Source of the DNA: Chiloscyllium plagiosum
Lineage: Eukaryota
Length of the DNA: 64,000 nt
NCBI RefSeq assembly: GCF_004010195.1
Contig: NC_057753.1
Location: 8,217,309 to 8,281,308, forward strand
Direction of reading: 5' to 3'
The notes beneath the pieces are model-generated. The model did not search any database and was not told the DNA's origin. It worked only from the letters and a program-made list of their open reading frames with translations. The position numbers and the translations under genes are program-made. Positions 12,860 to 22,840 of the stretch are shown here, piece by piece. Each line of letters begins with the position of its first letter. Position 1 is the stretch's first letter.

Positions 12860-13412
12860 AAGTAATGTATTAGCGTGGACAGAAGACTGGTCATCTCACA
12901 GAAAGCTATGAATAGGGTCAAACATTTGATTTTCTGGTTTGCTGGTGTGTCTCAGTGGTGAGCATTCGTAACACAATTGACTACAATTCACATGGGTGAT
13001 GTCGAGTTGCGACCAAATGCGAGTGTGTCCATGTTCGCAGATGACACTAAAATGAGGAGTATATCAAAGTGTGCAGAGTACTCTGAAAGTATGCAGAGGT
13101 TTTAGATAGATTAACTCAGCGTACAAAGGTCTGGCAGTTGAAACACAAACTTAGGAAATGCGACGGAATCCATTCTGGGGTAGAAAATAGCAGCAAAATG
13201 GACTATTATTGTTGCAGTTAACAATTGCAGCATGCTGACATGCAGAGGGACCTGGGTGTCCATGTGTATGAATCACAGAAAATTGGTTTGCTGGTGCAGC
13301 ACGTAATTACGAAGACAAACAGAGTATGGTTGTTCAATACCAAAGAGATGGGGATGAAAAATAAGGAGCTTTTGAAACAACTGTACAGGATGCTAGTGAG
13401 GGCACACCACAT
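12860..13412 (+). mobile_element. Old decayed CR1 RT fragment (paralog about 37740-38400)
   Basis: MFADDTK (ttcgcagatgacactaaa) and QRDLGVHVYESQK motifs. Confidence 0.75.
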
Positions 13413-14061
13413 CCTCACATCCCAAGGCAAGAGTGTAAATGATATGTGGAGCTTGTTCAAGGAGCAACTATTGAGTGTCCTTGATAATTATGTACCTGTC
13501 AGGCAGGGAGGAAAGGGTCGTGCGAGGGAGCCGTGGTTTAATAAGGAATTGGAATCCCTTGTAAAATGGAAGAGGGCGGCCTATCTCAAGATGAGACGTG
13601 AAGGTTCAATTGGGGCGATTGAGAGTTATAGGGTAGCCAGGAAGGACCTGAAGAGAGAGCTAAGAGCAGCAAGGAGGGGACATGAAAGGTCCTTAGTCGG
13701 TAGGATTAGGGAAAACCCTAAGGCTTTCTATAGGTATGTTAGGAATAAAAGAATGACTAGGGTAGGAATAGGTCCAGTCAAGGATAGTAGTGGGAAGTTG
13801 CGTGTGGAGGCGGAAGAGATTGGGGAGACACTGAATGAATACTTTTCTTCAGTATTCACTCAGGAACAGGGCATTGTCGGCGATCAGAATACTGAGTCAC
13901 AAATCAGTAGAATGGATGGCTTTGAGGTATGTACAGAAGAGGTGTTGGAAATCCTGGAAAAGGTGAAAATAGATAAGTCCCCTGGGCCTGATGGCATTTA
14001 TCCTAGGATTCTCTGGGAAGCAAGGGAGGAGATTGCAGAGCCATTGGCCTTGATCTTTATG
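13413..14061 (+). mobile_element. Young CR1 insertion specific to copy A intron, running into gap
   Basis: Uninterrupted ORF2 frame (MWSLFKEQLL...EPWFNKE...ENPKAFYRYV...KSPGPDGIYPRIL); absent at the paralogous site near 38250. Confidence 0.85.
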
Positions 14062-15041
14062 NNNNNNNNNNNNNNNNNNNNNNNNNNNNNNNNNNNNNNN
14101 NNNNNNNNNNNNNNNNNNNNNNNNNNNNNNNNNNNNNNNNNNNNNNNNNNNNNNNNNNNNNNNNNNNNNNNNNNNNNNNNNNNNNNNNNNNNNNNNNNNN
14201 NNNNNNNNNNNNNNNNNNNNNNNNNNNNNNNNNNNNNNNNNNNNNNNNNNNNNNNNNNNNNNNNNNNNNNNNNNNNNNNNNNNNNNNNNNNNNNNNNNNN
14301 NNNNNNNNNNNNNNNNNNNNNNNNNNNNNNNNNNNNNNNNNNNNNNNNNNNNNNNNNNNNNNNNNNNNNNNNNNNNNNNNNNNNNNNNNNNNNNNNNNNN
14401 NNNNNNNNNNNNNNNNNNNNNNNNNNNNNNNNNNNNNNNNNNNNNNNNNNNNNNNNNNNNNNNNNNNNNNNNNNNNNNNNNNNNNNNNNNNNNNNNNNNN
14501 NNNNNNNNNNNNNNNNNNNNNNNNNNNNNNNNNNNNNNNNNNNNNNNNNNNNNNNNNNNNNNNNNNNNNNNNNNNNNNNNNNNNNNNNNNNNNNNNNNNN
14601 NNNNNNNNNNNNNNNNNNNNNNNNNNNNNNNNNNNNNNNNNNNNNNNNNNNNNNNNNNNNNNNNNNNNNNNNNNNNNNNNNNNNNNNNNNNNNNNNNNNN
14701 NNNNNNNNNNNNNNNNNNNNNNNNNNNNNNNNNNNNNNNNNNNNNNNNNNNNNNNNNNNNNNNNNNNNNNNNNNNNNNNNNNNNNNNNNNNNNNNNNNNN
14801 NNNNNNNNNNNNNNNNNNNNNNNNNNNNNNNNNNNNNNNNNNNNNNNNNNNNNNNNNNNNNNNNNNNNNNNNNNNNNNNNNNNNNNNNNNNNNNNNNNNN
14901 NNNNNNNNNNNNNNNNNNNNNNNNNNNNNNNNNNNNNNNNNNNNNNNNNNNNNNNNNNNNNNNNNNNNNNNNNNNNNNNNNNNNNNNNNNNNNNNNNNNN
15001 NNNNNNNNNNNNNNNNNNNNNNNNNNNNNNNNNNNNNNNNN
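14062..15041. other. Assembly gap (980 N)
   Basis: N run; hides the intron end and the first ~387 bp of exon 2 of GPCR copy A. Confidence 1.
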
Positions 15042-15562
15042 GGTATTCGCTGGTGAACAACCCCTGGTTTTGTAATGTATCAAGTGGTGTTTTTGGCTCT
15101 CGGGTCTGGATCACTGTCGAGTTCATCCACCACATTGCAACCCCCGGCCTCCCTTTTCTCCTCATTCTGTTGCTTAATATTTTCACAGTCAGACATATTT
15201 TTGTGACCAGTAGAGTTCGCAGAAGACTCCGCCATCATGACAACAGTGTGCGATCCAGAGACCCAGAGATGGACAATCGAAAGAAATCTATCATTTTACT
15301 GTTCGTTATCTCGTCAAATTTCATTGTCTTATGGTCAATGTTAATGATTTATTCCATCTGGAATCGGATGTATAATTTTGGATATGAATCTATATATCTA
15401 CATTGGTTTGTTCAGGAATTAGGCTTCATGCTGCAGCTCATCAGTTGCTGCACAAACACCGCAATTTATGCTGTGACACAGACTAAGTTCAGACATCAGC
15501 TAAAGAACGTGCTGAAATATCCCTTCGCTCAAATTAACAAAATGATCAAATTCACTCATTGA
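15042..15562 (+). CDS. GPR139-like GPCR copy A, visible 3' part of exon 2 (ECL2, TM5-TM7, C-tail)
   Basis: YSLVNNPWFC...PFLLILLLNIFTVRHI...RDPEMDNRKKSIILLF...CCTNTAIYAVTQTKFR; aligns without gaps to 40960-41480 with 7 nt differences; stop TGA at 15560-15562. Confidence 0.88.
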
Positions 15563-17414
15563 TCAACAGGTCAGAAGTTTAAAAATTTCATTTTATAATT
15601 TCAGCAGTTCAGGGTCCTCCTTGCTACATTAACAGACCGAGGAAGATGCCTTTTGTGATGAAATTGCAATGTGCTTGATACTGTTGTTTGGCGATATTTG
15701 TGGCGTGATTTGTCGCCAAGGAACAGAAGTCGGATCAATCCTGATGTTGTCTTGTTTTTTTTTATTTTTCCCCAATAGACAGCTATATGGTTGTTTCCCT
15801 TATTTGTGTTGATTCCAATGGTCTGGCTCAATTACCGTCTGCTTCGAAATCAACTCCAATACTAACCATAATCTCACAGAGACACTCGTATATAAAAGGA
15901 ACCGAAGCCTGTCCATCAAACTTCGCCCTCACTCCGATTCGACAGAATATGATCTCAATCCTGCATCTCAGAATTTGAGATTGCCATTGACCTTTCTATC
16001 ATCTTTACCTCATGATTATTTATTATCAGTACCACCTTCCATCACACGACTTGTCGACTGTATCTGAAGCTCTAAGGGTCTGTGAATACAAGCCATGGCG
16101 TACAGTAATCTCTGCAAACACTCACATCGCATTGGTGCAGACAGTCAATAGCAATACAAACCAGCGTTGTGGCATTTTGAAAATGGAAGTGTATCATGTC
16201 AACTGGCAATATTTAATTTCCATGAATGTCGCATAAGCAAAAGTAAGTCAAGTAGATTTCACTTTTAACAAAGTCACATTAGTACCTTTCTTCACATCTA
16301 TTCTGCCACAAAGTCCTTAAAAGTTGTGATGGTGATTATCCCTTTGACCAATGTTACTTTCATTGGCATGTTTTCCTCCTTTGTGCCCCACTTTCTCCTT
16401 GTCATTATGCTAGCACATTTGTTATGTTTAAATCCGCTGAAACTCTTCCGAAGTCGAGGAATCTTGGAGATTATAATCAATGGACTGACGATCAGAGGTG
16501 CCATTTCTTTTGAGAGCATAAAGTGTCGGCTTTTGATCCCGGAAACCTGAGGGCCTACACTTCCACAAGGCGCGGTTTTATTTTGTTTTTTCCATGATTT
16601 TTGGCACTGTTTGAAGTGAATTACCGCTTACACATTCTAATGATCAATTATGTATGTGATGTTAAATACGTTCTTTTTGTTTGAAAATAAAAAAAATTCA
16701 AGCTTTCCAACATTTCATTAATTTTCAGTATCCATGTCCCAGAGCCAATGTGTAAAAGACCAACCCGAGCACAGTTTCTCTTTTTTTCTTCTCAAATTTG
16801 GCAGGTGGACTCTTTCTGTCAGTGGTCATTTTATTAGTTAACTTTGAAGGCAAGTTACAAAACTGAGGTATGCAAGAGACTGGTCAGTGTTGCGGGTGAA
16901 CAATTCTGTGGAATCATGAATAATGTCATACAGCAAACCACCAAGTGACAATACTGTAGACGAATCGAAGACTTGAACTCTTCCTTTCACAGAACATCGA
17001 AGAACAATGCTGCAAATGTATCGAAACCTGGATTCCTCCAGAGACAGAACAATTTCAAAGACCAGACTTTTAAAAAATGAAGATCACATTTTATCTTTTT
17101 TGTTCATTCTGAAATGTTAAAATGTATAAAGTCCCAGAATTCAGAAAATGCTTTCCGTAGAACATTTAAATTCTTATGAGTTTACGACGCTCTTTAGCGC
17201 TCTGACACTCTCTGTTAGAGAAGAATTAGAATTGGCGATATGTGTTGAAAACAATGAGCGGTCCACTGACAGCGTGATTTAAGGGTTTATGGATGACCAC
17301 AGTTTGATTTTGCATAGGGTTTGTGGTTCAATGCCGCTCAGAAATGGATCTTTGATCATTCTTAAAGTAACTATCAAACAAACGGACTCGCCATGTACTT
17401 ACTAGAAATCTAAA

Positions 17415-17546
17415 GAGAAAACCCGAAAGAACTGAGGATGCTGGGAATCAAGGACAAAAAATTATGGGGAATACTTCAACCGGTCTGTTTGTACTTTTGG
17501 GAAAAATCAGAGTTTATGTTTCACTTTAATGACCCTTCTTCAGAAA
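17415..17546 (-). mobile_element. Old Penelope-like end remnant with decayed hammerhead motif (paralog about 43333-43464)
   Basis: Minus strand ttCTGAAGAAGGGTCATTAAAGTGAAACATaaactctgatttttccc...cccagcatcc. Confidence 0.5.
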
Positions 17547-18662
17547 TCATGGCCGCTTGGAAAATATTGCTTTTCATGCAGACAGTCTCCATGTCTCCAC
17601 AAGGGTATTTCAGGGCATTTGCATTTGAATAATAAAACTCATTAAGGACAGTTACTGCTCGAAGCATTAACACACTGATATCATGCTCATGGTCATTATG
17701 CTGTAGTATTGCAAGATAGAGTCTCCACATGCATTACAGCGATTATAATTGAAGCATTAAAATTTGGATGTAATGTTAAGACCAAGCTTACACTTTCGAA
17801 ACTATATAGCAGAAGACCACACTTGTTTTAATGACGATTGCTCTCACTGGTCAGAGTGCAAATTGATAATCAGCGACCAGGCTGCTTATTTGAAACGCGA
17901 TGTTGATTTAAAAGTGTTATTAAAACTTTGCCTACAAAAGCAACGTAACAGTAATGAGAATTAACATCGACCAAGATTGTAAGATTGATAGCCATCTCAT
18001 GATGAAAAGTGAAAGTATGTGATCGGTGGTAAAGTTTACTGAGACACAACAAGTGACTGAAATACACAACAAACATCTCTGGCGTCAGACACTTTGCTAT
18101 CCAGGGCCTATGCATCTTCCTCAAAATGTAGAGAAATAATTGAGAATGATGTTTTAAATTTGAATGAAGTTATGAAAATGGCGGCCAATTGACAGTCCAG
18201 AGCTTTCAGTTCTAAGAATGATCTAAAAATAGGTTGTGGAGGGAGATATGCAATGAATTCCAGAACATGAGGTCGATTCAGGCACATTCATAAGTACATT
18301 ATATACTCCTTTCCATTTGCATGGTTTGATTCTGAAAACCTTCAAACTCTCACCTCAAAGAGCTGTTTTTGTTTTACCATTTTTACCTGACACCGCAGCG
18401 TCAGAGGATTGTGTGGGGTGGTGGGGGGGGGGAAGGTTCAGTTTCCATGACCTTTTTCCAGAATACCTCCTCCTCTAATAGCGTTAAATGACATTGATGT
18501 TTAAAGTATTGAGTAAATAGGTGCATCACTAACCATTCAACCCATCATGCCTGAACCGTCTGTTTGAATGAGTAATTCACTGAGTACCATTCTTATGCTT
18601 TCCCATGTTTCTCCTGAACTCGGTCCCTCAGCACTACGTTATGCTCCACCGCTGCAGCTTTA

Positions 18663-18990
18663 TTAGATTAGATTACATTACAGTGTGGAAACAAGCCCTT
18701 CGGCCCAACAAGTCCACACCGACCCGCCGAAGGGCAACCCATCCAGACCCATTCCCCTACATTTACCCCTTACCTAACACTACGGGCAATTTAGCATGAC
18801 CGATTCACCTAACCTGCACATTTTTGGACTGTGGGAGGAAACCGGAGCACCCGGAGGTAACCCACGCAGACACGGGGAGAATGTGCAAACTCCGCACAGT
18901 CAGTCGCCTGAGGCGGGAATTGAACCCAGGTCTCTGGCGCTGTGAGGCAGCAGTGCTAACCACTGTGCCATTGTGTCACCGCGCCGCCCA
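18663..18990 (-). mobile_element. HE1/V-SINE-type tRNA-derived SINE, full length
   Basis: Minus strand has A box TGGCACAGTGG, B box GGTTCAATTCC, central GTTTGCACATTCTCCCCGTGTCTGCGTGGG, CR1-like 3' end and (CTAAT)n tail. Confidence 0.9.
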
Positions 18991-19189
18991 CAATTTGTTC
19001 TGAAGTATCTCAGCATCATCCTCATAATTCATTATTCTCCCTGCCTCCCTTCTAATTCTTGGGGGGCGGGGGGAACCGCTTTCAATTCGTTTCCAATCTG
19101 AGAAGTACACATCTATACTCACGTTCTGTTCCTTTCTCTTAGCCAATGTTTAAACCATGCCGCTAAGGAACCATCAATCTCAAACGTCT

Positions 19190-21250
19190 CCTCTTTGCAA
19201 CAAACCTCTCAATGTGGAACCGTGTCAAATGCTTTCTGTAAGTTCAAACATACAATATCCATCGCACTATCCTTATCTACTGTCTGTGGCATTTTGTCAA
19301 AGAACTCAATAAAATTTATTTATTGAGACATGACCTGCTCTTGACAGAGCCATGTTCTCTACCTAGTTTAACTTACTTTTCTGAAAGTGTAAATTGATCT
19401 TTTCCAGTGTTATGTTCTCCGTCAGTGTTCCCGCTGTTGCTGTCAAGCTGACAGGTCTGCAATATTAAGATTTTGCCTTTGTTCCTTTCTTTTAAAAACG
19501 GTGTCACATTTGCAATTACCCAGTACCCCGGGACTAATCCTGTGTTCAGAAAGGTCGGAAAGTTTGGAATTTACTCCCTTACTTCTTTCAGCAATCTGGG
19601 ATGAATCCCGTCCAGGCCTGGCAAATTCTCTCCAAGTAGTTCCGCCAGCGTTTTTATCACCTTTTTATTATTATTATTCTGCATAGTTTCTCAACACCCA
19701 TATTTTGAATTCGAAAATTGTCACCGATTTCTGACTTGTTAAAGACAGAAACAAAACACTGATTTAACACCTCTGTGAAAAAGAACATTTGCTTCAGTGA
19801 GCATTTTACCCTGCTTATTCCTTATGTGCCCCACTCTATCCTTCATTAACTTTTTCTGATAAATATGTTTGAAGAACAACCTGGTTTTGTGTCGCCTGAC
19901 ATACACTCCTCATATGTCCTCTTAGCCTTCCTTATTCCAGCCGTGGCCTGTCTCCTGTATTTGATATTCGCTTCCTGATTTCTATTGCTATTCTTATACT
20001 GGGATGTGTCATATTTCAGGGCGGCAAGATGAGTCAGTGTTTAGCACAGTTGCCTCACAGCACCTGGGACTTGCGTTCGATTCCAAACCCAGACAACTGC
20101 CTGTGTGGGGCTTGCACATTCTCCCCGTGTCTACTGAGTTTACTCTGAGTGCTCCCGTTTTCTCCCACAGTCTAAAGTTGTGCAGGTTAGGTGAAGTGGC
20201 CATGCTAAATTGCCCATAGTGTTCAGGGATACGTAGGTTAGCTGCATTAGTAATGGAAAATGTAGGGCAATTGGGCAGGCGATTGGGTGGATTACTCTTC
20301 AAAGTGTCGGTGTGGACTTATTGGGCCAACTGGCAAGTTATCACACTGTAAGGATTCTATGAACATATGGCTCTTTTCCCTCCCTTATTGTCTGATTATT
20401 GTCTTTCGTCATCCACGCTACTCTACCTTTGAATATCTGTATTTGTTTCTCATGGAAATGGAGGAGCTGTAGCCTATGTATCGCCTGTTTTGAAATTCTC
20501 CCATATTTCATCCATTGCTTTATCCATCAGAGTGCGTTCCCAGTCAAACTGCTCGACTTCAGCCATTCGATTCCAAACGCTGCCCTTTTCTGGTCGAAGA
20601 TCCCAGCTGTTGATTGCATTTTTAAAATCTTTTTTCCAACCGAGTATCGAAACTAAAATTATGACTGATATTTGCCAATGCTCCCCCATTCTGATGTGAT
20701 CTGTGTCAGTGCCTCAGTTCGGAAAACAAGATCCAGCACAATTCACGGACCCCACCACCCACTGCCCTTATGACTTATAATCTACTCTTCCAGAAGGTTT
20801 TCCTGCACACACTGCAGGAATTTCTCCCACTCAGTGTCCAGTGCTACACATTTTTCCCAAAGTGGCTGGAGAAATTCAAATTGCCAACTACCACAACTCT
20901 ACTTGATTTGAAGATTTCCATAATACGTGTACAAATGTTTTCTTTTACTTCCTCCCCATGATTTGGATGTTTCTGATTAATGCTCAAAAGATTACTGCTC
21001 CCTTCCTGTTTCTCAGCTTCAACCAAATAGATTATCATTCAAAACCTGCATCCTGTTCAAAGGAAAATATATTCTTTTTCGCCAAGACTGCAAAAGTTCC
21101 TCCCTTTTTGCCTACACTGTTTCTGCTATAGTTTTACAATGCCGAACATTAAGTGCCATTCCCGTTCTGGCTTGAGCCACGTTTCTGTCAATGCTCCATG
21201 TCCTGCCAGATCCCAGTTTTGTTCAAGATACTCTGCGATTTTCACACATG
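19190..21250 (-). mobile_element. Heavily decayed CR1-like ORF2 (APE to RT start)
   Basis: Minus-strand remnants SSRVVVVGNLNF, QFDWERTL...IWENFK, YRPVSLT-like and KAFDTVPH-like (aaagcatttgacacggttccac). Confidence 0.6.
20019..20362 (+). mobile_element. Older HE1-like SINE
   Basis: ggcggca...ttagcacagttgcctcacagc...gttcgattcc...ttgcacattctccccgtgtct...cactgtaaggattctatga. Confidence 0.8.
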
Positions 21251-21469
21251 TGATTTAACTTTGTCCTTATCTCTTTCGTGTCCATTGGAACACAAGCATC
21301 TCTCTGTTCACTGTCAGCACTTTTGCTTTTGTTAGCTTCTTTTTCTCCATTCCCCATCTTTTCTCTCTTGTCCTTGTAATTCCAAAACTAGGCCCATTAG
21401 TAAAACCATTCCACTCAACACCCGTTTAATTCGAGCCCCACTGGGCTATTTGCTCTATGGGCCAAGACA

Positions 21470-22048
21470 TTAAATATCTGACCGCACCAGTTGCTCTGAG
21501 TAAAGTAAAAGTGTAGCACTTGGTCGAAAGCTAGATTAGCTGGTTGCCTGGAAATGACAAAACTAATTCGAATTGGGTCAATCAGTTCAAATTATACCCC
21601 AAAAATCCCACCAAACTTCAATCAAGTTTGAATTGTACATATTGACAATCTTAAAAGCCATTGACACAATCCGATGCTTTGGGCGTATAAGACCGGGAGA
21701 AATTGAATAGTTGGAGGAGAACTGCCAAGCCAATGACATCTGCATATTGCCCGGAGAATAGCTCTCTTAAAGGTACATTTGTCGATTCATGGCGTGTGAA
21801 GCATAACCCCTCAGAAGAGGAAAAGAAGACACATGAAGATCCAAATAGACGATTTGAAAGCTGACTGGTTTTGAAAAATTGAATTTTTGGTAAATCTTAA
21901 TCAGGGGTTTTTATCGGACCAGTATTATAGAAGGGAAAGTAAAAGAAAGGTTAGAAGAAGGAGTTGTAAATAGTTATTAGTTATTTTTCTCTATGTTGAA
22001 CTTTACGAAATAAAGGTGGTAATTTTTAATTTAAATACTTCTTAGCCT
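21470..22048 (+). mobile_element. LTR related to the 11192-11905 solo LTR, running into gap
   Basis: Shares aatcagttcaaattatacccc, tattgacaatcttaaaagcc, taaatcttaa and gaaataaagg blocks with the reverse complement of 11280-11800; TATA-like gtataaga and AATAAA present. Confidence 0.65.
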
Positions 22049-22548
22049 NNNNNNNNNNNNNNNNNNNNNNNNNNNNNNNNNNNNNNNNNNNNNNNNNNNN
22101 NNNNNNNNNNNNNNNNNNNNNNNNNNNNNNNNNNNNNNNNNNNNNNNNNNNNNNNNNNNNNNNNNNNNNNNNNNNNNNNNNNNNNNNNNNNNNNNNNNNN
22201 NNNNNNNNNNNNNNNNNNNNNNNNNNNNNNNNNNNNNNNNNNNNNNNNNNNNNNNNNNNNNNNNNNNNNNNNNNNNNNNNNNNNNNNNNNNNNNNNNNNN
22301 NNNNNNNNNNNNNNNNNNNNNNNNNNNNNNNNNNNNNNNNNNNNNNNNNNNNNNNNNNNNNNNNNNNNNNNNNNNNNNNNNNNNNNNNNNNNNNNNNNNN
22401 NNNNNNNNNNNNNNNNNNNNNNNNNNNNNNNNNNNNNNNNNNNNNNNNNNNNNNNNNNNNNNNNNNNNNNNNNNNNNNNNNNNNNNNNNNNNNNNNNNNN
22501 NNNNNNNNNNNNNNNNNNNNNNNNNNNNNNNNNNNNNNNNNNNNNNNN
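22049..22548. other. Assembly gap (500 N)
   Basis: N run. Confidence 1.
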
Positions 22549-22840
22549 TTACCTTTCCTGTTTGAACTTTGAGCATTCCCTGCCAGGAGACAGGATACTC
22601 TGGGAAAGGGATGGGTCACGTGCGATGAGTAGGTCTTTAACCTGAACACAGTCTGTCGGGGTCACACTGAGAGGGATAATTGGGACTCATTTCTCTTCCC
22701 GCACAGCTGAGGGCTGCTGATATCAGTCTGGAGGTATGTAACAAATAGGCCTGAGTCACTCCCTTCCTTGGTTTCGACATGGCGGAACTGGTCTTTTGCC
22801 AATCTGTCTAACCTCAGGAAGTACAATGAATGCAGGAAAA

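Larger units (their letters stand above)
4205..18663 (+). repeat. Segmental duplication unit A (paralogous to 28058-44762), contains GPCR copy A
   Basis: Colinear near-identity including unique sequence, shared TE junctions and a shared diagnostic deletion in CR1 (gtgaccagatgaagg). Confidence 0.93.

Noticed and set aside
13225..15186. Long ORFs spanning N runs (616, 429, 361 aa and similar ones at 22-24 kb, 54 kb, 57 kb)
   Set aside because: Length comes from N codons; flanks are CR1 or out-of-frame GPCR sequence.
7147..15562. Positive selection between the two GPCR copies
   Set aside because: 7 replacement vs 4 silent differences is too few and not above neutral expectation.
16686..16691. 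AATAAA as GPCR poly(A) signal (paralog 42604-42609)
   Set aside because: Plausible at about 1.1 kb after the stop, but it sits in an A-run in AT-rich DNA and has no transcript evidence.
18900..18990. tRNA genes at A/B-box motifs
   Set aside because: They are SINE heads followed by SINE body and tail, without a full cloverleaf.
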